Shown: positions 47,206 to 62,118, counted from the first letter of the stretch. The stretch is 64,000 nt of DNA from the human T2T-CHM13v2.0 reference genome, Homo sapiens (GCF_009914755.1 NC_060926.1), one strand, 5' to 3'. Notes: generated by a model not told the origin, from the letters alone. Translations and numbers: made by a program.

Positions 47206-49425
47206 TGTATGAGTTGGTTCTCATGCTGCTGTAAAGAAATACTCGATACTAGGTAATTTATAAATGAAAGAGGTTTAATTGACTCACAGATCCACATGAC
47301 TTTGGAGGCCTCAGGAAACTTACAATCATGGCAGAGGCACCTCTTTACAGGGTTGCAGGAGAGATAATGAGTGCCAGCAGGGGAAATGCCAGACACTTAT
47401 AAAATCATCAGATCTCATGAGATCACAGCCAAACCATACCATTCTGCCCCTGGCCACTCCCAAATCTCATGTCTTCACATTTCAAAACACAATCATGCCT
47501 TCCCAAGAGTCTCCCAAAGTCTTAACTCAACCCAGCATTAGCCCAAAAGTCCAAGTCTAAAGTCTCATCTGAGACAACAGAAGTCCCTTCTGCCTGTGAG
47601 TCTGTAAAAACAAGAGCAAGTCAGTTACTTCCTAGATATAATGGGGGTACAGGCATTGGGTAAATACCCCTGCTCCAAAGGGGAGAAATTGGCCAAAACA
47701 AAGGGGCTAAAGGCTTCACGCAAGTCCAAAATCCATTAAGGCAGTCATTAAACTTTAAAGTTCCAAAATAATCTCCTTTGACTCCATTTGTCATGTCCAT
47801 GGCATCATCCTTATGCAAGAGGTGGCTTCCACGGCCTTGGGCAACTCTGCCCCTGTGGCATTGCAAGGTACATCCCCAATCCTAGCTACTTTCATGGGCT
47901 GGTGCTGAGTGTATGAAGATTTTCCAGGAGCACAGTACAAGCTGTCCGTGGATCTACCATTCCAGGATCTTGATAATGGCAGCCCTCTTCTCACAGCTCC
48001 ACTAGTCAGTGCCACAGTGGGGACTCTGTCTGGGGGCTCTGACCCCATATTTTCTTTTCACACTGCCCTAGCAGAGGTTCTCCATGAGGGCCCTGCCCCT
48101 GCAGCAAACTCCTGCCTGCACATCCAGGCATTTTCAAACATCCTCTGAAATCTAGGTGAAGGTTCTCAAACTTCAATTTTTGACTTCTGTGCACCTTCAA
48201 ACTTCAATTTTTGACTTCTATGCACCTTCAGGCCCAACACCACCTGTAAGTTGCAAAGGCTTGGGGTTTGCAGCCTCTGATGCAATGGCCTGAGCTATAC
48301 ATCGGCCCCTTTTAGCCATGGCTGGGATGAAGGTTACCAAGTCCCAAGACCGCACAAAGCAGAAAAGTCCTGATTCCAGCCCATGAAACCATTTTTTTCC
48401 TCCTAGGCTCCAGGCCTGTGATGGGAGGGGCTGCCATGAAGTTCTCTGACATTCCCTGGAGACATTTTCCCAATTGTCTTGATGATTAACATTTGGCTTC
48501 TCATTACTTATGCAAATTTCTGCAGTGGGCTTGAATTTCACCTGAAAATGGGGTCTTCTTTTCTATCACATCATCAGGCTGCAAATTTTTTAAACTTTTA
48601 TGCTCTGCTTCCTCTTCAGTGCTTTGCCACTTAGAAATGTCTCCTACCAGATACCTTAAATCATCTCTCCCAAGTTCAAAGTTCCACACAACTCTAGGGC
48701 AAAGGAAAAATGCCACCAGTGTCTTCACTGAAGCATAGCAAGAGTGACCTTAACTCCAGTTCCCCACAAACTCTTCATCTCCATCTGAGACCACCTCAGC
48801 CTGGACTTCATTCTTCATATAACTATCAGCATTTTGGTCAAAGCCATTCAACAAGTCACTAGGAAGTTCCAAGCTTTCCCACATCTTTCTGTCTTCTGAG
48901 CCCTCCCAGTCTCTAGGAAATTCCAAACTTTCCCAAATCTTCCTGTCTTCTTCTCAGCCCTCCAAACTGTTCCAACTTCTACTTGTTACCCAGTTCCAAA
49001 GTGACTTCCACAATTTTGGGTATCCTTCTAGCAGCACCCACACCTGGTACCAATTTACTGTATTAGTTTGTTCTCATGATACTGTGAAGAAATACCTGAG
49101 ACTGGGTAATTTATAAAGCACAGAGATTTAATTGACTCAGTTTTCCATGGCTGAGGACACCTCAGGAAACTTACAATCATGGTGGAAGGCACCTCTTCAC
49201 AGAGTGGCAGGATGGAGAATGAATGCCAGCAGGGGAAATGGAGGACACATATAAAACCATCAGATCTTGTGAGAACTCACTCACTATCACAAGAACAGCA
49301 TGAGGAAAAATGCCCCTATGATTCAATTACCTCCCACCAGGTCCCTCCCATGACACATGGGGATTATGGCAATTATATAATAATTCAAGATGAGATTTGG
49401 GTGGGAACACAGTCAAACTATATCA
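47206..49425 (-). mobile_element. THE1D/MSTA-type MaLR provirus (LTR-internal-LTR)
   Basis: LTRs at 47206-47440 (internally deleted) and 49059-49425; internal region of about 1.6 kb; ctggtaccaatttac at the 5' LTR junction; TSD ggtga/gatga. Confidence 0.93.
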
Positions 49426-49554
49426 GATGAATATGTAGTGTTCAGAATTATCACATTATAATATTCAAATATCTAATTTTCAAGAAGAAAAGTCACAAGG
49501 CATACAGAAAGAAAAAAGAAACTATGAATATATGGTCTATCAAAACACATAATA

Positions 49555-49692
49555 TGTAGCCCCAGCTACTCAGGAGCTGAGGTGAGAGGATTACTTGAGC
49601 ATGGAAGGTCAAGGCTACAGGGAGGTGTGATAGCACCACTGCACTCCTGCCTCAGTGAAAAGGATGAGACCCTGTCTCGAAATAAATAAATT
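49555..49692 (+). mobile_element. AluJ right monomer / FRAM
   Basis: cccagctactcaggag...ggtcaaggctacag...gagaccctgtctc. Confidence 0.85.
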
Positions 49693-50100
49693 AATTACTT
49701 AACTGGATGCATCCCTGAGGAAACCCAGACATTAAATTTAGTGGACAAGAACATTAAACAAATGTCTAAATATGTTCAAAGTTTTAAAGACAAATACGGA
49801 CAAAGAAATAAAATAACTCAGGAAAATAATGTATGAAAATGAGAATATCAGTGAAGATATATAAGTAATATAAAGTAAAGGAACATAAATGCTGGAGGTA
49901 AAATTTACAATAACTGAAAAGAAAACAATTGCTAGAGCAATTCAACAGCAAATATAAGCAGTCAGAAGAAAGAATCACTGACTTTAAAGATAAGGCAGTT
50001 GAAATTACTCAGCCTGAAAGATCACTGAATTTGAAGATAAGGCAATATAAATCATTCTGTCTGAAAAGCAGAAAGTAAAAAGAATAAGAAAAGTGAAAAT

Positions 50101-50406
50101 AACTGGGTACAGTGGCTCGTGCCTGTAATCCCAGCACTTTGGGAGGCCAAGGTGGGCAGATCACGAGGTCAAGAGATCAAGACTATCCTGGCCATCATGG
50201 TGAAATCCCATTTCTACTGAAAATGCAAAAGTTAGCTGGGCATGGCAATGTGCACCTGCAGTCCCAGCTATTCCGGATGCTGAGGCATGAGAATCTCGTG
50301 AACCCAGGAGGCGGAGGTTGCAGTGAGCCGAGATCACGCAACTGCACTACAGCCTGGTGACAGAGTGAGACTCCATCTAAAAAGAAAATAAAAAAGAAAG
50401 AAAAAA
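50101..50406 (+). mobile_element. AluSc-like
   Basis: gatcacgaggtcaagagatc and cagcctggtgacag. Confidence 0.93.
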
Positions 50407-50680
50407 TGTAAATATAACCTAGGTAACTATGAAGCACCATGTGGCAGATCTACGTATAAGTTATGGGAGTCTCAGAACAAGAAGAAAGAGAGGAATGGGG
50501 AAAAGAATATTTGAGAAATAATAGCTAAAAACTTCACAAATTGATGAAAGATACTCATCAATCAGTACAAAAAGCTCAATGAACTCCAATTAGTAAAAAC
50601 TTAAAGAGACCAAAACCAAGATAAATTATAATCAAATTTTTAAAATCCAAAGGCAGAGAGATAATCTTGAAAGCAGAGAG

Positions 50681-51649
50681 AGGTTGTGAAAATTTTCTGA
50701 AAATTTTCACTACTCATCTGACAAAGGGCTAATATCCAGAATCTACAATGAACTCAAAAAAATTTGCAAGAAAAAAACAAACAACCCCATCAAAAAGTGG
50801 GTGAAGGATATGAACAGACACTTCTCAAAAGAAGACATTTATGCAGCCAAAAAAACACATGAAAAAATGCTCATCATCACTGGCCATCAGAGAAACGCAA
50901 ATCAAAACCACAATGAGATACCATCTCACACCAGTTAGAATGGTGATCATTAAAAAGTCAGGAAACAACAGGTGATGGAGAGGATGTGGAGAAATAGGAA
51001 CACTTTTACACTGTTGGTGGGACTGTAAACTAGTTCAACCATTGTGGAAGTCAGCGTGGCAATTCCTCAGGGATCTAGAACTAGAAATTACATTTGACCC
51101 AGCCATCACATTACTGGGTATATACCCAAAGGACTATAAATCACACTGCTATAAAGACACATGCACAGGTATGTTTATTGCGGCACTGTTCACAATAGCA
51201 AAGACTTGGAACCAACCCAAATGTCCAACAATGATAGACTGGATTAAGAAAATGTGGCACATATACACCATGGAATACTATGCAGCCATAAAAAATGATG
51301 AGTTCATGTCCTTTGTAGGGACATGGATGAAACTGGAAACCATCATTCTCAGCAAACTATCGCAAGGGCAAAAAGCAAGCACCACATGTTCTCACTCATA
51401 GGTGGGAATTGAACAATGAGAACACGTGGACACAGGAAGGAGAACATCACACTCCAGGGACTGTTGTGGGGTGGGGGGAGGGGGGAGGGATAGCATTAGG
51501 AGATATACCTAATGCTAAATGACGAGTTAATGGGTGCAGCACACCAACATGGCACATGTATATATATGTAACAAACCTGCACATTGTGCACATGTACCCT
51601 AAAACTTAAAGTATAATAATAATAAAATTAAAGAAAAATTAAAAAAAAA
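50681..51649 (+). mobile_element. L1PA3-like 3' end (about 1 kb) with 5' micro-inversion
   Basis: gctaaatgacgag, caccaacatgg and cctaaaactt; ORF 51042-51401 is the ORF2 C-terminus; TSD gaaagcagagag (50669-50680) / gaaagcagaggg (51650-51661). Confidence 0.95.
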
Positions 51650-54600
51650 GAAAGCAGAGGGAGAGGTGACTCATCAAATACAAAGAAGCCTCAGTAACAG
51701 CCACTTTGTTAATAAAAACAATGGAAGACAAAGATACTAGGATAAGATATTTATACTACTAAAAGAAAACAAAAACTCTGCCAGCCAAGAATTCTATATC
51801 TAGCAAAAACAGACCTTTTAAATTAAATCAAGACTTTTTAAGAAAAACAAAAGCCAAGGGAGATTGTGATGAATAGACTTCCTCTACAGAAAGGCTAAAA
51901 GGAGTCTTTCAGGTTGAAATGAAAGGACACTAGCCAGTACTTCAAAATCATAAAATGAAATAAAGATGTCCAGTAAATGTAAACACACAGCCAAATGTAA
52001 ATCAAGTATCATTATGCTTTTGATTTGTAACTGCTTCTTATTTCCTGCAGGATTTGAACAACAAGTGCAAAAAATAAAATAATTATAAATGTGTGTTATT
52101 GGGCACACAAAATATAAAGATGAATTTGTGTCAATAAATATACATAAAAGAGAAAGGGCTAACTGCATAAGAGTAGAATTTTGATTGCTATTGCTATTAT
52201 GTTAAGTTAGTATCAATTTAAATTAGATTATTATAAAATAAGGATGTTTAAGCTCATGGTAATTACTAAAGTCTAAAAAACATACACAAAAGGAAATTAG
52301 AAAGAAATCAAAATCATTCAGTACAAAAAATTAAACACAAATAAGGCAGCAGTGGAGGAAATCAGGAAAAAAAAGTTTGAGACATTTAGAAAACAAATAG
52401 CCAAATGGCAGAAGTTAGTTCTTTTGGATCAGAAATTATATTAGATCTAAATAGATTAGAAAATAAAATTTGGAAAAACTGATAAAAACGATGATTCAGC
52501 TATAGATTTGTTTATAAGAGATGCATTATAGATAAAAATTACAGATAGATTGAAAATGAGATGTTGGCAAATGATTTGTTTATAAGAGATGCATTCTAGA
52601 TAAAAATTACAGATAGATTGAAAATGAGATGTTGGCAAATGATATTTCATACTAATAGTAACCAACAGAGAACCAGGCTGGTTATACTAATATCAGACAA
52701 ATAGACTTCATTAAAGATTATGACGAGACAAAGCAAAGGCCATTGTATATTGATAGAGAGATCAATTCATCAATAAGATGCTGCAGTTATGTATAAAATA
52801 TTTATGAAACAACAGAGCCCAAAATATATAAAGCACATATTGGTAGAATAGAAAGGAGAAATAGACAGTTCTACAATAATAGTTGGCTATGTCAATTCCC
52901 TACTTTCAATAATTGCTAGAATGACTAGATAGATGATCAATAAGAAAATACAAGCCTGATACAATACTATAAACAAAATAAAACAGATAGCTGAAGCACA
53001 TTCTATGAGTAAAACAGAATATGTATTTTTCTAAGATGCAGTGAAATAATCTCTAGGATACATAATATTCCAGGCCATAAAAAAAGCCTGGATAAATATA
53101 AAGGAATTGATATAATATCAGATATATTTTCCAATCAAAATGAAATGAAGCTAGAAATCACTTACAGAAGGAAAAGTGGAAATTTCACAAATATAGTATG
53201 CAGAAATTAACACTCTTGTAAACAACCAATTGGTCAAAAAATAAATCAAAATGGAAGTTATGAAATAGAGACAAAATGAAAATGCAACATGATAAAACAT
53301 ATGGGATTCAGTGAAAAGTCTAGTCAGAGCAGTTAGACAAGTAAAATAAATAATTATATGCATCTAAATGGAAAGAAAAATGTAAAACAATCCCTATTCA
53401 TAGGTACCATGATCTTATATATATAGGTTTTCGAAGAATATAAAAAAAACTACCAGTTGTAATACATGAATTCAGTAAAGATGCAGAGTTAAACACCAAC
53501 ACAAAATCAGTTGTGTTTCAATATATCTGCAATAAACAATTCAAATTTACTATTAAGAAAGCAAATTAATTTGCTATATACCTAAAAGATTAAAATATAT
53601 AAGAATAAATTTAACCAAACAAAAAAAGCGTGTCTTGTACAGTGAAAACTACAAAGTATTGCTACAAGAAATTTAAAAAGACTTAGATACATGGAAAGGC
53701 ATCTCATGTTTATGGTTAGGAAAACGTAATTTTTAGAAATATATAAATACTACCCACAGTAATCTAAAGTTCAGTGCAACGTCTACCCAAATTCTAAAGC
53801 TTGCTGAGGAGAAATGAAAAATCTGATCCTCAAATTCATGAGTCCTGAATATGTAAAACAGACATGAAAAAGAAGAACAAAATTGGATGTCTCACATTTT
53901 TCCATTTTAAAACCTATGACAAAGTACAGTAATCAAAAGAGTGTGGTACTTTCATAAGAAGGTACATATAGACCAATGAGTTAGAATTGAGAATCCAGAA
54001 ATAACCCCAGACACATGTGGCTAATTGATTTTTGGCAAGGGTGCCAAATTCATTCAATAGGGAAAGTGTGTTTTTTTTTCAAAAAGTAATGCTGGGGAAA
54101 GTGTATTTCAACACATAAAACAATGATGTTGGAGCTCTACCTCACCTCATAAACAAAAATTCATTCAAAATGGATCAATGACATAAACATAAAAGTTAAA
54201 AACATAACACGTTTAGAAAAAAACATAGAATTAAGTCTTCATAACCTTGGATTTGGCAATAAATATGAAACCAAGAACAGGAACAACAAAAGAAAAAGTA
54301 GATACACGCAATTCATCAAAATTAAAACTTTTTGTGCATCAAATGACATTTTTAAGGAAGTAAAAAGAAAACATACAGAATAGATGTTTGCAAATTATAT
54401 GTCTTATAAGGGTCTAGTGTTCAGAATATACAAAGAACTTTTACAACTCAACAGCAGAAAAACAAAAAACCCAATTGAAAAAAAAAAAACTGGGTAAAAG
54501 ACAGAATAGGTAGTTCCCCAAAGAAGATATACAAATGGACAACAAACACATAAAAATAATGTGAATGTTATTAATCATTAGAAACATGCAGATCAAAACC

Positions 54601-55924
54601 ACAGCGAGATAACATCTCACACCTACTAGAATGGCTATAATTAAAAAAAATACATTCTACAGAGAATGTAGAGGAACTGAAACACTTGTATATTTCTGCT
54701 GGGAATATAAAATAGTGCAGTGGCTGTAGAAAACGGTTTGATGGTTTCTCAACATGCTAAACAGATAATTATTATATGACCCTGCAATTTCACTCTTATG
54801 TATATATGCAAAATAATTGGATATAATCAAACAGATACCTGTATGTCAATGTTTAAGCTCATGGCAATTATTAAAAATTGCCAAAAATTAGTTACAACCA
54901 AGGTATTTATCATCAGAGGAATAGATAAACAAAATGTGGCACATAGATACAATGGAATATTATTTAGTCATAAAAAGGAGTGAAGTTCTCACACATACTG
55001 CCATGTGGATGAAACTTGAAAATATTACAAGTAAATTAAGCCCAACAAAAATAACAAATACTGTATGATTTCACTTATATGAAATATTCAGCATAAGCAA
55101 GTACATGAAACCAGAAGTAGTTAAAGGTTACCAGGGCATGGATGAGCCAGAATTGGAAGTTATTGCTTAATGGTTACAGAGTTTCTGTTTGGAGTAATAA
55201 GAAGGTTTGGAAATAGACAGAGGTGATGTTTATACATTATGAGTATAATTAATGCCAGTGAATTATATACTTATAAATGGTTAAAATGTGTATGTGTAAT
55301 GTACATATGTGTATATATATGTGTATATGTTTATGTAGTACACACACACTCACACACATATACACACATAAAGAAATTGCAAAGGAGTTCCTGAGAGAAT
55401 GAAGATGAAGAAATCTAGTCTTGCCTGTGATACAGAATGAACACTGAATCTCATACGGAGCATATTTGTCTGGAGTCACACATATGGCCAGTAAATGGTG
55501 ACACCCATTCTCCACACCCCCAGCCCAGTGCCCTTTTCCAGCCTACCATTCAGCTTTAATGATCGATTCATGATAAATCCAAAGCATGGTTGCTGCTTTC
55601 CACCAAAAGCCCCTTCCAACAAGCCCTCAGCATTTCATTTAAAATTCCAGCTGCTGGTGAGTGTGTAGAACACATCCTCCTTAACAATACTCAGCTAGTC
55701 TGGCGTGTGGAAATCATATTTCTGCTTTGAAAATTGCTGTCAACTATCCTTCCCATCTTTTGTTTAGAAAATCTTCAGAAGCTGTGTCTTGAATGCTTTT
55801 TCTCTTTGTGTTGTGAACAAAGGGAATGCTTGTTCCCCTGCTAGGTGACAGAGACATTAAGAAGAGAATTTAGTCACTGTACCCTTTTCTTTCTGCTGAA
55901 GGAAGGAGAATCTCTGGGCATCAA

Positions 55925-57450
55925 ATACATGAATAAAAAGGAAAAAGAATAAAGTAATTGAAACTCATCAATTAAAAACTTCTGTGCCTCAAAGGACATC
56001 ATCAAGAAATTGAAAAGATAATCTAAAACATTGGAGAATATATTTGCAAATAATTTATCTGATGCAGTAATAGTATTCAGATGTATAACTATTACCACTC
56101 AATAAGACAAACAACTCAATTTTAAAATGGAGAAAAGAACTTGAGTAACCATTTCTCCAAAGAAGATACACAAATGGCCAATAAACACATGAAAAAATAT
56201 TTGACATTATTATTCATTAGTTTATTAGTTTCCTAGGGCGGTCATAACAAGGTATGCCTAACTAAGCAGCTTAAACAACAGAAATATATTGTCTCATAGA
56301 TATAGAACCTAGAAATCCAAACTCAAAGATTCATTCAGGTTGGTTTCTTCTCAGGGCTCTGAGGAAGAATCTGTTCCATGACTTTCCTGGAGTGTGGTTG
56401 TCTCAGGTATTTCTGGCTGGTAGATGGGGTTTTCCCTGTAATTTCACATTCTCTTTCCTCTGTATATGTCATATTTTTTGGTCATAATTTCTCCTTTTAG
56501 TAAGGACACCAGTCATATTGGATTAGGGCCCATCACTTCTTATCCACTAGAATGACTATTTAAAAAGTAAAAGATAATAAGTGTTAGCAAAGATGCAGAG
56601 AAATCTGAACTCAAGTACATTGCTGGTGGGAATGTAATTTCACATTCTCTTTCCTCTGTATATGTCATATTTTTTGGTCATAATTTCTCCTTTTAGTAAG
56701 GACACCAGTCATATTGGATTAGGGCCCACCACTTCTTATCCACTAGAATGACTATTAAAAAAGTAAAAGATAATAAGTGTTAGCACAGATGCAGAGAAAT
56801 CTGAACTCAAGTACATTGCTGGTGGGAATGCAACATAGCTCAGCACCTGTGGAAAACAGTTTGGTTATTGCTTTAAAAGTTGAGCATAGAATTACCATAT
56901 GCTGTGTAATTGCACTGCTAGGTATATATCCAAAATAATTAAAAGCAAGTATTCAGACAAGTACATGTACATGCGTGTTATCAGCAGAACGAATATAATA
57001 GCCAAATGTAGAAACAGCCCAAAAGTCCATCAATGGCTGCATGTATAAACAAACTGTGGGATAAAGATACTATGGAATAATACACAGCCATAAAAAAGGT
57101 TGAGGCACTGATACATGCCACAACATGATTGCACCTCAGAAACTTATGCCAAGTGAAAGGAGCCAGACACAAAACTTCACATATTGTACGATTACATTTT
57201 ATATGAAATGTCCAGAATGTGTTAAATCCATGGAGAAAAATGGCAGATTGGCAATTTCCAGAGGTTGTGAGGAAGAGGGGTAGAGATAAACTGCTTATTG
57301 GTAAAAGGATTTACTTAAGAATGATGAAATATTTTGGAATTATATAGAAGTAGTATTTGTACAACATTATGAATGTACTACATGCCACTGAATTTTTCAC
57401 TTTAAAATGGTAAATTCTATGCTATGTGAATTTCACCCCAATAAATTATT
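55925..57450 (+). mobile_element. L1MB 3' portion with MLT1 insertion and 196-bp tandem duplication
   Basis: aattaaaaacttctgtgcctcaaaggacatcatc...aagtgaaaggagccagacaca. Confidence 0.8.
56218..56535 (-). mobile_element. MLT1 (MLT1C-like) LTR, partial
   Basis: tattagtttcctagggc...aaggacaccagtcatattggattagggcc. Confidence 0.85.
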
Positions 57451-57479
57451 TAGAATACTATTGGAAGTGTCCTTGAAAA

Positions 57480-58740
<1,261 letters not shown>

Positions 58741-59913
58741 GTATGGGACAGATAAAAACAAACAAAAATGGAAGTGGTGTCAAAATTGTACTTTATGCTT
58801 CCGCCTCACTGTTCATCATCTTGGATTTGACAACAGGTGGAAAGGATAAAACTTGAATGCTTCTTTATTTCACAAGTTATTTTGGAAAGAAACATTTATA
58901 TTCCATATGAAATTAGCATTATAATTGTAGACTTTTTCTTGGTAGTTGTGTATATGTGCATGCACGTGTATGTTTGTTTGCAATATCGCAGAGAAGCAGC
59001 ACAACAGTTTGAACCTATCTGTCATACTTACACAGCCATGCACAAGATATTCATGCAAACCAATAAATATCAATCTAAGTTATACACTAAGATAATACAC
59101 TAAAATAGATTTCACAGACTAATAAGGATTTAGTGCCTGTTATTGTAATCAACCCTTCTGATTTAATTAGTTACATTGTAAGTAAGGGGATGTGCAATAA
59201 TTGAAAGATTATTCACATTCACTGTCCATGTCTTTCCTTGCCAAGTGGCTGTTAATAATTGCTACCTCTTGAGTGAGATGAAATGTTTTATTCCCTTACA
59301 ATTTACGTTTTCAATTTTATTTTTCTGTACTATTCTAAGATAACAGCTTTCAGCCAAAACATTAAACTTTAAGTTATGAAAGCATTTGTGAAATAACAAA
59401 TCTGCATTCAACTTTTTCCCTCCACTGCATTATTGCATGTCATAGTGTCATAATCTCTCAGTAAGCTAAGACATACTGTGAAACTTAGCTATCTGTTTAT
59501 TGATGAATCACATAATCATTTAACCACAATTAGAAACAGAATAAATTGTAGCTGCTTCAAATTCTGTTAGCTCATGAAGATGTACTTGAATGTCAAAATA
59601 TATTCGTAGGAAAAGAAAAAATAGCATAAGTAATTTAATTGAGCTGAATTTTTAGATTTCACTAATGGTTATAATCACTGTTGCACTGACAGCATAAGTC
59701 ATTTCTGTGCACAGCGAGAAACCACTGGGAAATGTATTTTATCCATTATATGCCATGGTAATATAAATCTGTCCATACCATCCACCTCCTATGAGCTAAT
59801 TCTCTTTGAAAACTTTTTTTTTACTGGCAAATTTCAAAACGTGAAGAGTTGTACTTTTAAAATCAATTTTCCTGGCACAAAATTTCACTGCCTTCAATCT
59901 ACCCAGTACATAG

Positions 59914-60996
59914 TTTTTTTCTTTTAAGTTTTTTTTTTTATTTTTTAAATTCTATTGTACATGTGCAGGATGTGCAGATTTGTTACATAGGTAAATGTGT
60001 GCCATGGTGGTTTGCTGCACCTATCAACTCATCACCTAGGCATTAAGCCCAGCATGCATTAGCTCTTTTTCCTAATGCTCTCTCCCTCACCCCACACACT
60101 CCCCACACAAGCCCCAGTGTGTGTCCTCCTCTCTGTGTCCATGTGTTCTAATTGTTCAGCTCCCACTTATAAGGAAGAACATGCGGTGTTTGGTTTTCTA
60201 TTCCTGCATTAATTTGCTAAGGATAATGGCTTCCAGCTTCAACCATGTCCCTGCAAAAGACATGATCTTGTTCCTTTTTATGGCTGCATAGTATTCCATG
60301 ATGTATATGTACCACATTTTCTTTATCCAGTCTATCATTGATGGGCATTTGGGTTGATTAAATGTCGTTGCTATTGTGAATAGTGCTGCAATGAACATAC
60401 TCGTGCATGTATCTTTATAATAGAATGATTTGCATTCCTTTGGGTGTACACCCAGTAATGGGATTTCTGGGTCAAATGGTATTTCTGGTTCTACTTCTTT
60501 GAGGAATCGCCACACTGTCTTCCATAATGGTTAAACTAACTTACATTCCCACCAACAATGTAAAAGCGTTCCTATTTCTCTGCCACCTTGCGAGCATCTG
60601 TTGTCTCTTGACTTTCTAATAATTGCCCTTCTGACTGGTGGAGCAATTGCCATTTTTAATAATCATCATTCAATGGTATCTCATTGTGGTTTTGATTTTC
60701 ATTTCTCTAATGATCAGTAATGTTGAGCTTTTTTCATATACTTGTTGGCCTCATAAATGTCTTCTTTTCAGAAGTGTCTGTTCATGTCCTTTGCCCACTT
60801 TTTAATGTGATTGATTTTTCTTGAAAATTTGTTTAATTTCCTTGTAGATTTTTGATATTAGACCTTTGTCAGATGGACAGATTGCAAAAATGTTCTGCCA
60901 TTCTGTCTGTTCACTCTGATGATAGTTTCTTTTGCTGTGCAGAAACTCTTCCATTTAATTAGATCTCAATTGTCAATTTTTGCTTTTGTTGCAATT
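59914..60996 (-). mobile_element. L1PA (about PA10-13) 3' end, 5'-truncated
   Basis: gtacatgtgcaggatgtgcag...catcacctaggcattaagcccagcatgc; ORF 60198-60515 is the ORF2 C-terminus. Confidence 0.9.
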
Positions 60997-62118
60997 GACA
61001 ATTCTCAAAAGAAGATATAAAAATGGCCAAAAAATATAAAAAGTGCTCAACATCACTAATGATAAGGAAAATGCAAATCAAAACCACAATGTGATACTAC
61101 CTTACTCTTGTAAGAATGGCTATAATCAAAAAATCAAAAATAATAGATGTTGGCATGGATGTGGTGAAAAGGAAAGGCTTTTACACGTTATTGGGAATGT
61201 AAACTAGTACAACCACTATGGAAAGCTATGGAGAGTCATTAATCAACTAAAAGTAGATCTGTTTGATCCAGCAATCCCACTACTATTTATCTACCCAGAG
61301 GAAAATAAGTCATTATATGAAAATGTTACTTGCACACATGTTTACAGCAGCACAATTAGCAGCTGCAAAAGTATAGAACTAGCCCAAATGCACATCGGTC
61401 ATCGAGTGAATAAAGAAAATGTGGTATATATGTACCATGGAATGCTACTCAGCCATGAAAGGAATGATATAATGGCATTGGCAGCAACCTGGGTAGAATT
61501 GGAGACTATTATTCTAAGTGATGTAACTTAGGAATGGAAAACCAAACATCATATGTTCTCATTCATATGTGGGAGCTAATGAGGAAACAAAGGCATAAAA
61601 ATTATACATTGGACTTTGGGGACTCAGGGGAAAGGGTGGGGGTGGTGAGGGATAATAGACTACACATTGGGCCAGGTGCGGTGGCTCATGCCTGTAATCC
61701 CAGCACTTTGGGAAGCCGAGGTGGGTGAATCAACTGAGGTGAGGAGTTTGAGAGCAGCCTGGCCAACATGGTGAAACCCCATCTCTACTTAAACTACAAA
61801 AATTAGCTGGGCATGGTGGCGGGTGCTTGTATTCCCAGCTACTCAGGAAGCTGAGGCAGGAGAAACACTTGATTCCAGGAGGCGGAGGTTGCAGTGAGCC
61901 AAGATGGTGCCACTGCATTCCAGCCAGGGCAACAAGAGAGAAACTCTGTCTCAAAAAACAAACAAAACAAAACGAAAAAAACTACACATGGGGTACCATG
62001 TACACTGCTTGGGTGATGGGTGCACCAAAATATCAGAAATCATCACTAAAAACTTATTCATGTAACCAAACACCACCTGTTCTTCCAAAACCTATTGCAA
62101 TTAAAAAAAATTAAAAAA
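60997..62118 (+). mobile_element. L1PB-like 3' end split by an Alu
   Basis: ggactttggggactcaggggaaagg...gtacactgcttgggtgatgggtgcaccaaaat; A-rich tail. Confidence 0.88.
61670..61980 (+). mobile_element. AluSq/Sp-like
   Basis: gggcaacaagagagaaactc; TSD actacacattg/actacacatgg. Confidence 0.92.

Larger units (their letters stand above)
46260..55290 (+). mobile_element. Long L1M (L1MB/L1M4-type) element: 5'UTR, ORF1, internally deleted ORF2 and 3'UTR; hosts THE1, two Alus and L1PA3
   Basis: Colinear sense L1 landmarks resume after each insertion; 3'UTR cttaatggttacagagtttctgtttgg. Confidence 0.75.

Noticed and set aside
48855-48970. Direct repeat of about 55 bp in the MaLR internal region
   Set aside because: The copies are diverged, and I recall this duplication being part of THE1/MST internal consensus sequences.
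47621-49430. Cluster of overlapping ORFs
   Set aside because: Remnants of the MaLR internal region and LTR; short and broken.
49970-50070. Diverged tandem duplication of about 47 bp (a similar one of about 53 bp lies at 63668-63766)
   Set aside because: Old, ordinary slippage duplications inside L1M with no sign of function.
51468-51490. G-quadruplex-like G-run tract
   Set aside because: Standard polypurine tract of the L1PA 3'UTR.
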